DNA of 64,000 nucleotides from contig JAEHCQ010000002.1 in NCBI GenBank assembly GCA_020696385.1, positions 96,001-160,000 on the forward strand, given 5' to 3'. The stretch's first letter is position 1. Every line of letters begins with the position of its first letter. The notes under the pieces were generated by a model, which was given only the letters and a program-made list of their open reading frames with translations, had not been told where the DNA came from and did no database searches. The translations under genes and the position numbers were made by a program. Of this stretch, positions 9,438 to 19,500 are shown piece by piece. The stretch comes from Methanobacteriota archaeon. Lineage in GTDB: Archaea > Thermoplasmatota > Thermoplasmata > SG8-5 > JAGLSY01.

Positions 9438-10697
9438 TCATCTGTGGTGAAGTTCCTTCGCCGCGATAACACTCAGACCCTTCTTGGTCAAAGCATCTGC
9501 CGTCTTGTTAACAGCCAAGTGCTTGTCCATGTAATTCTGGGTTAGGTCATCCATCATCCCGTTCTTTATGACATCTTCCTTGGGCAGGAAGTATTCCAGT
9601 ATGTCAGATGGATGGCTTCTTGACTCCTCGATGTCCATATCCCCGCCCTCGTGCTTGGCACTGATGTTCGGAACGGTCTTGGCAATATGCATCAATTCAT
9701 CACGACGGTCGTATGGCTGGCGCACGATGCTCTTGTATGATTCGAATATATGATGTTCGAATCTGACCACATCGTCCAGGTTCATGGCCTTTCTGATCTC
9801 CGCACTTATCTCGATGGTCTCATTATTCACCGAATTGGAGAAGTTGAAACCAATAAGGGAAGTTGTGCCGTCCCCTCTGCTGAATAATTTGGCAGCCATC
9901 AGGGTCCAGAATATGGAGTATGGATTGTCATTACCCATGAATACCGATATTTTAAACTCATTGTTCACACCCAGCTTGTGAAGCATGTAGGCCAGCATCA
10001 CAGTTCCTGGGTTGACATTGAGCACCTGGTTAACACCGTAATTTGTGTAATAATACAGGAACTCGTCGATCCATTTTAGTCCATAATCATTTGGCTGGCC
10101 CACACCACCGAAATAACCGGTGATGGTCTCCGGACCGCCAAGATGGACATTGGATCCGTCCGTTCCTTTGGTGTCCAGTGTCTCACAAACACTGGCGCCA
10201 ATGATCTTCATCGCGGCCTGAACCGCCAAAAGATCATTATCATCTTCTTGCTCCTTCATCATTCGAACACGAATGAAACGACCTGGCATCAATTCCTGAT
10301 TGGCTATTGCCTGTCTGGCTTCCTTCATGAAGAAAGGAAAGTACTGAAGAGCACTGATCTCAAGAGTTACGGCGATGTCATCATCGAACTCCAGCCCAGC
10401 AGCATTATCACCCACTATCTTCTTCTTGTAATCCTGAATACTGATGAAAGCTCCATTGTCCCTCTGTTCTATCAGCCATTTAAGATCCGCAAGGTATGGT
10501 GAGTTCTTGGCTTCCAGCTGGCCAAGGAGATTCTCCAGCTTTCCAGCCTCCTCCGCCTTCCTGTTTATCTCATCCACTCCGCCATACTTGTCAATGATAG
10601 CAAGGAGATCATTGACCAACCTGTTATCTGGATCCATTAGAAAATCATTTATCTCATTCAATCTTTTATCAGATATCTTTAACATTTCTCTGCTCAT
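9438..10697 (-). CDS. Conserved hypothetical soluble protein (probable enzyme)
   Basis: Long ORF. ATG at 10697 preceded by GGAGG is preferred over 10814. Conserved-looking motifs ETLDTKGTDGSNVHLGG, FEHH, AKHEGG. Confidence 0.75.
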   Translation of the reverse strand: MSREMLKISDKRLNEINDFLMDPDNRLVNDLLAIIDKYGGVDEINRKAEEAGKLENLLGQLEAKNSPYLADLKWLIEQRDNGAFISIQDYKKKIVGDNAAGLEFDDDIAVTLEISALQYFPFFMKEARQAIANQELMPGRFIRVRMMKEQEDDNDLLAVQAAMKIIGASVCETLDTKGTDGSNVHLGGPETITGYFGGVGQPNDYGLKWIDEFLYYYTNYGVNQVLNVNPGTVMLAYMLHKLGVNNEFKISVFMGNDNPYSIFWTLMAAKLFSRGDGTTSLIGFNFSNSVNNETIEISAEIRKAMNLDDVVRFEHHIFESYKSIVRQPYDRRDELMHIAKTVPNISAKHEGGDMDIEESRSHPSDILEYFLPKEDVIKNGMMDDLTQNYMDKHLAVNKTADALTKKGLSVIAAKELHHR

Positions 10698-10795
10698 ATT
10701 TTTGCCTCCCGATATATAAAACGGTATTGAAATAGGGTTAATAAAGATTGTGAAATTCAATAAATACTTTAAGCATTGAGACCATATTAGATATT

Positions 10796-11191
10796 GTGGA
10801 CTATGAGAAGACACTGGAGGATATCCAGGAAGCCCTGGAGCTATTAGCCAGTCAGCCCGATATTCCGATAATCGTGGAAGGCCGCAAGGATGTCAGGGCC
10901 TTGCGGGAGCTTGGAATTGAGGGGGTCATAATAATTTTGAATGATGGCAATTCGATAATAGACACCTGCACGAGTTTATCGAAAGAACACTCAAAAGCCA
11001 TAATCCTCACCGATTGGGACAGGAAAGGTGGACAGCTGGCTCGCCTGCTGATGGAAGCACTGGAGGCCAATGACATGAAATATGACACTGATATTAGAGC
11101 GACGATATCCAGGCTGTCGAAAAAAGAAATAAAAGATATTGAGTCATTGCCGAAATACTTAGCCAGGCTGGAAGAGAAGGTGAGAGGATAG
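10796..11191 (+). CDS. Small TOPRIM domain protein (UPF0292-like)
   Basis: IIVEGRKD and ILTDWDRKG TOPRIM motifs. Confidence 0.9.
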   Translation: MDYEKTLEDIQEALELLASQPDIPIIVEGRKDVRALRELGIEGVIIILNDGNSIIDTCTSLSKEHSKAIILTDWDRKGGQLARLLMEALEANDMKYDTDIRATISRLSKKEIKDIESLPKYLARLEEKVRG

Positions 11192-11236
11192 ACCGCAAGT
11201 CTAATATGTGGGACTTGCGATTCTCAGTGTAGAGGG

Positions 11237-11818
11237 TTGAGGGTGGACACAGAAAATAAAGATGAATATTTTGAATTCCTGAATAATAAAAAGCCCCAGG
11301 CAAACCTATTTTTAAAGTCTGATAAACCTTATATTTGGAATGATCTGCATAAACAATTAATGAGCACTGCCATTATCGGCATAGTGGTCTTTTCTATAAC
11401 TCATATTTTGGGAGTTCTATTTCCAGTTGGATCTGATACATTTTCTTTAGAAGGGTTTTTTACGAACTGGGCATGGGTATTTGTAGTTCTGGGATTCATT
11501 TTGATCATAATGGCGATGATCTCTTTGAGAAATACTGGCTATTATAGATATGTGGTTTTTTTACCAGGGGAAATTCCAGAACAATATGAATCCATATTGG
11601 AAGATAAATTGAAAGATATTGGGGCAGATTTATTAATTATCAATCAAGGAGATCCCTTCAATAATGATCAAATTAAACCTAATTTGGTGATGATTGGTAA
11701 AGTCAGCGCAAGACCTGTTTTAACAGTTTATGTAGAGATCGAGTCTCATCAGGAGGATTTTGCAATCATTCGAAAACCTATTGACGAGTCCTTTGTATGG
11801 ATAGAAAGTAATGTTTGA
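11237..11818 (+). CDS. AT-rich hypothetical 2-TM membrane protein
   Basis: Two hydrophobic helices; visibly more AT-rich than its neighbours. Confidence 0.55.
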   Translation: MRVDTENKDEYFEFLNNKKPQANLFLKSDKPYIWNDLHKQLMSTAIIGIVVFSITHILGVLFPVGSDTFSLEGFFTNWAWVFVVLGFILIIMAMISLRNTGYYRYVVFLPGEIPEQYESILEDKLKDIGADLLIINQGDPFNNDQIKPNLVMIGKVSARPVLTVYVEIESHQEDFAIIRKPIDESFVWIESNV

Positions 11819-11848
11819 TCAAAAACATTACCTCTGCCCAAATTCCAC

Positions 11849-12160
11849 ACCCGGCTTAACAAACTATTCTCCCAACAAGGGTGGGTCTCAGTGTGTTGTC
11901 AGTGAGGTGGGGGCCTGGAAGGCGGGAGATACAATAATATGCAGAGCGATAATTATGCGAACATGCCCCGTCTGGATGATTCATATAATATTTAGCAGGG
12001 CGGGGTACTATATTCGGTGATGATTCAAGTGACAGTTGCGATGTGCCAGTAGGAAAATAAACTCCTCGCTCAAGACAAGTCTAAGTTCATATTTCTAGCC
12101 TTGTTCAAAATGCGAGGAGGAAAATAAAGCCCCGCCTCGATCAAAGCAGGGGCGGGGTCC
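11849..12160 (+). repeat. Dispersed palindromic intergenic repeat, copy A
   Basis: Contains acccggctt..caagggtgggtctcagt, catgccccgtctgga..cagggcggggtac and aagccccg..gggcgggg; homologous to 27336-27610, 37525-37778 and 63661-63965. Confidence 0.85.
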
Positions 12161-12278
12161 TTATCCTCACCCAACATAACAAACGAACACGACACACCTC
12201 CGCCCTAGCTTATCAAATACTCATTTCCCACCACAAACCCTTTTATTCCCCCACCTCAATGTACAAATGGTGGAAAAA

Positions 12279-12764
12279 ATGGAATTATTAACCGTCAAAA
12301 TAAACAACCCGGATGAACTGAACATCATCATAGGCCAATCGCATTTTATCAAGACCGCGGAAGACATCTACGAGGCCATGGTGAACACCGTGCCCAATGT
12401 GAAGTTCGGTGTAGCTTTCTGCGAGGCCTCGGTCAATCGCCTGGTCAGGGTGGAGGGAAATGATGATGAATTGAAAAAACTGGCTGCGGAAAATGCGTAT
12501 GCGATCTCCGCCGGTCACATATTCTTCCTCATCATGAGGGACGCGTTCCCTATCAATGTCCTCAGGTCGATAAAGAATGTACCTGAGGTCTGCAATATAT
12601 TCTGCGCCACTGCCAATGCCGTTGAAGTGATAATTGCGGAAAGCGAGCAGGGGCGAGGTATATTGGGTGTCATAGATGGCCAGCCCCCACTTGGGATCGA
12701 GGATGCGGAAGCAGAGGCCACGAGGAAGGAATTCCTGAGGAAGATCGGATACAAGCGATCATGA
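12279..12764 (+). CDS. Adenosine-specific kinase / DUF355 family protein
   Basis: GQSHFIKT, FCEAS, CATAN, GRGILGVIDG and C-terminal IGYK. Confidence 0.85.
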   Translation: MELLTVKINNPDELNIIIGQSHFIKTAEDIYEAMVNTVPNVKFGVAFCEASVNRLVRVEGNDDELKKLAAENAYAISAGHIFFLIMRDAFPINVLRSIKNVPEVCNIFCATANAVEVIIAESEQGRGILGVIDGQPPLGIEDAEAEATRKEFLRKIGYKRS

Positions 12765-12838
12765 GTGTGATCAATCCTTTGTTTGGCATAAAATCATAAA
12801 ACCAAATACCTAAATATCGATGACCATTTCTACCCCTG

Positions 12839-15124
12839 ATGGTAGAGGAAAGCCAGCCTATTAGTGATACGAAAGTCGAGGTCAAATTGAAGAGAGACCT
12901 CGGTCTCTTCAGTATTTTGATGATCGGGCTTGGGCCGACACTTGGTTCCACCATCTTTCTTCTTGTAGGATTTGGCCTTGAGATCGCAGGACCTGGGCTT
13001 GTGCTTGTTTTTGTCCTGAACTTCATTGTCACGGTCTTCACAGCCATGGCCTATGCCGAGCTCAGTAGTGCCTTCCCTGATACTGGAGGAGGGTATCTGT
13101 GGGTGAAGGAAGGAATGCCACAACCTATTGGTTTCCTGGCGGGCTGGATGTCCTGGTTCGGGCATTGTATCGTGACAAGTTTCTACGTCTTTGGTTTTGG
13201 AAAAGGAGTTATGTGGATACTGGAGGCTAATGAGATCGCCATACCCTTTGACGCAGACCTTCTTGTGAAATCATTGGCAGTCGCAGTGTGTTTGGTCTTC
13301 ATTTTGATCAACTACAGAGGGACAAAAGAAACTGGTAAATCCAGTATCTATATCACACTTGTTCTCATCGTCATTATATCCATATTCATCATTTCTGGAA
13401 TTATCTACATAATTCTAAATCCTGGAGCGCATGGAGGGGATGTGACCTCGGTCGTCAGCAATCCGATACCAAATGGCTGGGGTTCTATCCTGATAGCCAT
13501 GGGATTCACATTCATTGTTTTCGAGGGTTATGAGATAATCTCTCAATGTGGAGAGGAATGTATCGATCCTCTCAAAAATGTGCCAAAGGCAAGCTGGCTA
13601 TGTATCATCATATCCACCATCATCTTCGTCCTGGTGGCCGCTGTTTGTACAGGGGTGATTGACTGGACGACCATCGGGCACACGGTTGCAGGAGATGATG
13701 TTGTGGCCCACGTGGCAGACATCACTATTCCCAAATACGGTATACTTCTGGTAGCCACAGGTGTTATCCTCGGAACACTGGCAGCTATCAACTCCACCTT
13801 ATTTTCATCATCCAGGGTGTCATACGCCATGGGTCGTGATGGAGCCCTTCCTGATGCCTTTGGCACACTCAGTAAAAAGAAGAACACGCCTCATGTGGCC
13901 ATATTCACCAGTGGAGCCATCGTCATAATGATGACATTGTTCCTCCCAATCGAGGATATCGCAGCTTCGGCCGATATCATGTTCCTTCTGCTCTTCTTCT
14001 TCGTGAACCTGGCTGCCATCACTCTCAGGTATAAAAGACCGGATATCAAACGGCATTATATGATGCCATTCTTCCCATGGGTCCCGATAATCGGTATTGG
14101 AACTAAATTTGTTCTGGCCATAGGATTGTGGTGGGAGTTCCCCATGGCCTGGGTAATTGCCGTCGTGTGGATCGAGATCGGCCTGATGGCCTTCTATCTG
14201 TATGGTGGAAAGGAGAAGATCGAGAAGACCGATCACCCGGATGAAGTAGCTGAAAGGGCAAGCAAAAAGAAGGGAAAGAAATACAAGATCCTGGTACCTG
14301 TTACAAGCGATGAGCAGAGATCTCTTGTTAAGTTCGCCGCCCTGGTCGCCAGAGTGGAGAATGCGGAGATATACCTGGTTAAGGTGATCGAGCAGGCAAA
14401 GGGTGAGCCCGTGGATTCGATGGCCTATAAAGAACTGGCACCTCATATCAAGGTAGTGGACAAGCTGAAGAAGATACTTGACAGAGAGCAGATAAAATGC
14501 CACAGTAAAGTCCTGATCTCCAGGCTGGCTTCCGATGCGATACTGGATCTCATAAATGAAGAAAAGATAGATCTGACGATAATCGGATGGAGAGGACAGA
14601 CAAAGCCTGGTCAGATCTTTGGACACAATATTGATGAAATGGTCCAGAAGGCGAACAGTGATGTCATCGTGTTCAAATCCAAAGAGATGAGCAAGGAAGT
14701 GAAGAAGATACTCGTGGTCTCCACCCCCGAGTGGCATTCCAGTTATGCGACCAATTATTCGATTCTTATCGCGAAACAGGATTATTCCCACATCACGATA
14801 TTCAGCGCAAGCGCGACCGAGGCTAAAAGAATTGAGGAAGACAAGTATGCGGACAAATTGACGCAGTTATGCCACATTCATGATGTCGAGTATACGAAGA
14901 AGGTCATCATGGTCGATAATATCGAGGATGCCATAGTGAAAGAAGCCGCTGATCATGACCTGGTTGTCTTCGGAGCCGCAGAAGAATGGACATTGAAGAA
15001 GTATGCCTTTGGCAGTATGCAGGACAGGATGGCGAAAAGTATACAGAAGCCAATACTCATGGTGAGGAAGATCACACAAAGATCCAACATATCGGATGAT
15101 CCAGTATCTGATAAAGAGGATTAG
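12839..15124 (+). CDS. APC-family amino acid permease with C-terminal universal stress (USP) domains
   Basis: AYAELSSAFPDTGGGY, FEGYEII and SRVSYAMGRDG motifs; about 12 TMs; two USP-like domains. Confidence 0.9.
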   Translation: MVEESQPISDTKVEVKLKRDLGLFSILMIGLGPTLGSTIFLLVGFGLEIAGPGLVLVFVLNFIVTVFTAMAYAELSSAFPDTGGGYLWVKEGMPQPIGFLAGWMSWFGHCIVTSFYVFGFGKGVMWILEANEIAIPFDADLLVKSLAVAVCLVFILINYRGTKETGKSSIYITLVLIVIISIFIISGIIYIILNPGAHGGDVTSVVSNPIPNGWGSILIAMGFTFIVFEGYEIISQCGEECIDPLKNVPKASWLCIIISTIIFVLVAAVCTGVIDWTTIGHTVAGDDVVAHVADITIPKYGILLVATGVILGTLAAINSTLFSSSRVSYAMGRDGALPDAFGTLSKKKNTPHVAIFTSGAIVIMMTLFLPIEDIAASADIMFLLLFFFVNLAAITLRYKRPDIKRHYMMPFFPWVPIIGIGTKFVLAIGLWWEFPMAWVIAVVWIEIGLMAFYLYGGKEKIEKTDHPDEVAERASKKKGKKYKILVPVTSDEQRSLVKFAALVARVENAEIYLVKVIEQAKGEPVDSMAYKELAPHIKVVDKLKKILDREQIKCHSKVLISRLASDAILDLINEEKIDLTIIGWRGQTKPGQIFGHNIDEMVQKANSDVIVFKSKEMSKEVKKILVVSTPEWHSSYATNYSILIAKQDYSHITIFSASATEAKRIEEDKYADKLTQLCHIHDVEYTKKVIMVDNIEDAIVKEAADHDLVVFGAAEEWTLKKYAFGSMQDRMAKSIQKPILMVRKITQRSNISDDPVSDKED

Positions 15125-15163
15125 TTCTCACTATACCTGTTAATATTGATGAAGTATTTTGAA

Positions 15164-16531
15164 TCAGTTGAAGGATGATAGTGCTATTCCATCCTTCTTC
15201 AATCTCTCATGGATGGCTTTGATAATCTCAGAGCGTACTATATCACCCTGTGATGGATCTAAAACCCAGGCATTGACACGGTAGATCGATGTATCCTTTG
15301 ATATGGACAATAATCGGATAGTGATTGGATATTTCGGATCCTGGCCAGAAACACCTGCAGAGGAAGCTGTGATTACATCCTCAATAACCTTGAATTCCAC
15401 CTCGGAGCTTATTGGGATATCTATGTCCAGTCTAAGACCATCTACTGTAGTGAAGTTGTGAATGGTGGAGTCCATGACCTTATTGTTTGGAATGTCCATG
15501 AAATCACCGAAATTGGTCCTCACCCTTGTGAAGATCAGGTGCTGTTCGACTACCTCTCCAACATCCTCATCACCCAATTTGACCCAATCTCCCTTGTTTA
15601 TACTGTCTGTAAGCAGAAGGATAATTCCAGATATCGCATTTTTCATACCTGGTGATGTTCCGATAATTAGTAAGATGCTGATAGTTAATCCTATTATGAC
15701 AAAGACAACAAGTTCCAAATGTGGGAATCTCAGAATATCCAGGATGATCATAAGGGTGACGACAAAGGCCAGCCAATAAAGCAAATACCTGATCAAGGTC
15801 CTCACCAGATCAATAAGCTTGTTGGGGATCTTCGTGGGCTTGGATTTGAAATCATCCAGCATCATCGATGTAAGTTTTCCTACCAGGTATAGCACTACGA
15901 GAATAGTGATAAGGGAAAGAACCTCCTGCAAAAGCAGAGAGCCATCCATTCCAGCGAATCCCATTACATTGAATATCTGGTCCCTGACTTCTTGGTTCGG
16001 GGTGGTCAGCAGACCTACCAGAAATGCTATGACTATTCCAAAGAACAATAATATGTATTTCACAAAGCCTTGTGCGAAATCCAAGATACCGGATTTCATC
16101 ATCGCGTCAGGATCTTGCTTGGCCTCTGCTCCTTTTATGGATATCCACACTGAGCTTAACTGAGCAAGCAACAGGAAGCTGAAAAAGGTCACTCCCGCCA
16201 TCAATATGAAGATATAATCAAGGGTGAATTCAAAAAGCGTGATGAAAATATCGATATCCAACATCGCGCCAGCATAAAGAATGGATATCAGGATGAAGAT
16301 TATACTCATCACCCTTACAGCCGAGAATACAGAGTCCAGTGTTCGATCATCCACATAGGTTCTCTCTTTCAATTTGAGGAAACTTATGTATCTCGATAGA
16401 TGAGAGAATATGAAAAGTAATACCGTGAATAGGACTATCCCTATTACCACTAGGAGCGCGTAATCTTCCGGCCCTGCTTCATTCATGATGCCGGTCATTA
16501 TTTTCGAACTGCTTGCCAACATGTTATCCAC
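15164..16531 (-). CDS. MscS-family mechanosensitive ion channel
   Basis: NAISGIILL..SINKGDWV..GEV..T.VRT..G....IPNN MscS core, with extra N-terminal TMs. Confidence 0.85.
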   Translation of the reverse strand: MDNMLASSSKIMTGIMNEAGPEDYALLVVIGIVLFTVLLFIFSHLSRYISFLKLKERTYVDDRTLDSVFSAVRVMSIIFILISILYAGAMLDIDIFITLFEFTLDYIFILMAGVTFFSFLLLAQLSSVWISIKGAEAKQDPDAMMKSGILDFAQGFVKYILLFFGIVIAFLVGLLTTPNQEVRDQIFNVMGFAGMDGSLLLQEVLSLITILVVLYLVGKLTSMMLDDFKSKPTKIPNKLIDLVRTLIRYLLYWLAFVVTLMIILDILRFPHLELVVFVIIGLTISILLIIGTSPGMKNAISGIILLLTDSINKGDWVKLGDEDVGEVVEQHLIFTRVRTNFGDFMDIPNNKVMDSTIHNFTTVDGLRLDIDIPISSEVEFKVIEDVITASSAGVSGQDPKYPITIRLLSISKDTSIYRVNAWVLDPSQGDIVRSEIIKAIHERLKKDGIALSSFN

Positions 16532-16593
16532 AATGGGATGAAATAATCGATTATTTATATTTATGCACAGAAGCTGAAGAATTGGTATGAATA

Positions 16594-19500
16594 TTACTGG
16601 GATAGGGATACTTTCCTCTTCCTACGAACAATACTGAATATGACCATTGGCATGAAGATGACAAATGCGAATGTGCTGTATTCGGATATGATTATGACCA
16701 TCGTGCCAGATGCGAACATCACCCATGTTATTCCGGCATTGGTATTACTGCCTGCTGTGTAATGAGGTGCACCGATCAGGACATCGTTCTTGCTATTACC
16801 ATCCAGGTCGCCCACCTTACACACGGACCAACCGAAATGAGAACTGGCATTGTATGAATAGTTGACATAATCCGCATTGGAGGCACTGATGGTACTGGCC
16901 ATGGTGGCAGAGCCATTGAAAATATACACCGCTCCTTTTCCACTACTGTAATACGGTGCTCCGACGATGACGTCGTCATATGTGTCGCCATTGAAGTCAT
17001 CCAGACCATGGACGGAGTAGCCGAATTTGTCGCCTGAGGATTCGCCTGTAATTGTGACATTGGCCGAGGCAGGGCAATAATACTCGATAGAAATACTATG
17101 TAAAACAGGGGTGGCAGAACCATTTCCATTCATCTCCACTTTGTATCTGAGCTGGCTTCCGGCTGGTTCTCCATTGCTAAATGAATATTCGGAGCCAGAA
17201 GTCAAAGACGGGCTGTAGGTGGTACCTCCATCCCTGGAGACTTTGACTGTCATGGTTTGGCTATTAAGAGTCGCACTCCATGTGGGTGTTACCGATCCGA
17301 CATAATCACCTGCTGTATATGTGTCTGATTCCACATATCCATACGTGTCCACGATATATGTGCTAAGTTTAACATTATCAAGATAGGCCACGGTCGCAGC
17401 TGTTCCAGTTTGGAAAGTAATTATTCCAACATCAACATCATTTATCAGTTCAGCACCGGTTGCTCTGGAGACACCATCAATATAAATGTCATATACAGAT
17501 GGCGTTGCCGAGCAATCAACATCAAGCTGGAAATGATACCATTGATTAGCATTATATGTCTGCAATACCTGAATAGCGCCATCGTAGTATATTATTGTGC
17601 CATCAGTGTAAAACAACATTTGTATGCCAGCTGTATAATCAGACTCTGGTCCAAGAATCTGGAACCAGCCAGTTGTTGTGGTGACACGAGCATCAAATTC
17701 TATAGTGAATGTTGTTGAAAGAGGCATGGACGTCTTGGTAATGTTCACCCTATCAGTGGTGTCTGTGAATTTGACACTGTTATATCCGGAAACACTTTGA
17801 TCATCACTTACTTCAATGGAGCCGCCGGTTTCAGTCACTGTCCATCCACCAGGGTCATCTGAGATTGTTTGAGCATCGAAGTTCTGTGGATTGGTCAAAT
17901 TTACATCCCCAGCGGAAACAGCAAATGTACTGTTGAGGTCTCCGGTATTGAAATCTGCCTGAGTGGTGTTTGATATAGTGCTGGAAGTGAGTCCCATAAT
18001 TGGACTTCCGTAATAGATATAGGCATTTCCATTCGCGGTCCCTGGTGAGCCTATGATGACATCGTCATTTCCATTATTATCAACATCTCCAGCATCAGCC
18101 ACGGACCATCCGAAATGTGTTTTGATAGACGCGCCAGAGACTCTGAGGTACATGTGATCAATGTATACTGTGTCGAGATTAGAATCACTAGTGGATGCAT
18201 CAATCACACCGATATAGAGTGTACCTGTAAAGGCATCCAATGTAGCATCTGAGAAAGATTGGTAAGAATCATCATCGCTTGTTTTTGTGACATCTAACAT
18301 TTTTGTCCAGGAGCTGACGAGACCACTTCCTGTTGTGGAATAGTAAAACTCCATATTCTCTGAATCCTGATTGGTTCTATTGGCCTCCAGATAGAATCTA
18401 GTATCAGTTCCAGTAGTAATACCGGCCATGGTCCATTTATGTTCCAATCTAGTTGAAGCGACCGTTAAGGTGGTGTTCACGCACATATAGTCGATTTCCA
18501 GAGTATCTGCCTGGCTGCCATCAGTAGAGACATTGTCAACAACACCCACATAAAATGCCCCTCCAATGAATCCATCCGCGTCAAGGTCGAATGTGTAGGT
18601 TGTCTGTGCCTGGGCATCGACCGAGAACATGTATGTCCATGCGGCAGTTCCGACATCTCCAGAATTTGTTTCAGCATAATAGAACATGAACTCATCATCC
18701 GGTGTGCCTCCAGAATCCCAGCCAGCGCGAAGCTGGAATTCGTACTGTAGCGCAGAAGATGGGATCGTTGTAAATGTCCATTTGTGCTCGAGGCTGTAGT
18801 GAGATGGGATTGTAACAGACATCGTTACATTTACATCATCCAACCAAACAGCTTCCCCATTTGAACCATGTGCACGCCACTGGATCTGGAAAGCACTATG
18901 CAGATATTGTGAATCGGTTATCGTCTCTTGATAGTTATACCAAGTATCCTCAGTAGATTGCAGGGTTGCCAAATCCTCTATGAGATCCCAAGTTCCAGTG
19001 TTATCATAGTAATAGAGTCCATATTCAGTTGCATCTGCATCATCTTCGCGCCACCAGAAGTCAACAGTGATACTGGTTGCAGATGCTGTATCCATTGATG
19101 GTGATTGAAGGGTACCAGATACACCTGCACCAGTGGAGCCATCAAAATCCGCAGAGTACGTACCGGTATTTGCATAATCGGTTTCCGGGTTCCAAGCCGT
19201 TCCTGCGGCTTCGGTCCAATCGGCGGGCCAAGAGGTACTCTCAAAGCTCTCTGTGGGGATCAAAGTAATAGTACTGATCCCGCCAGTCACCAGTGCCTCT
19301 ACAATGTCCTGTGTTGTACCATCCAGATTCGCCGTTTCTGTATAATCATTCACATTGGATCCAGTATTTGATTGGTTGTAGGTTTCAGATGTGGCAAAAT
19401 CCTCATCATAGGTCGCAGCTGCGCTGACCTCGGTTATGCTCTCATAGCCATCATTCTGGGTCTGGGTACTAGTATGTGTGTTCGTCACTGTTCCAGTATC

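Noticed and set aside
11849-12160. Repeat family as integron attC sites or group II intron remnants
   Set aside because: No RYYYAAC/GTTRRRY ends or cassette array, and no domain V-like sequence.
13820-14791. 323-aa antisense ORF and other long antisense ORFs
   Set aside because: Fully overlap well-supported genes on the opposite strand and lack recognisable motifs.
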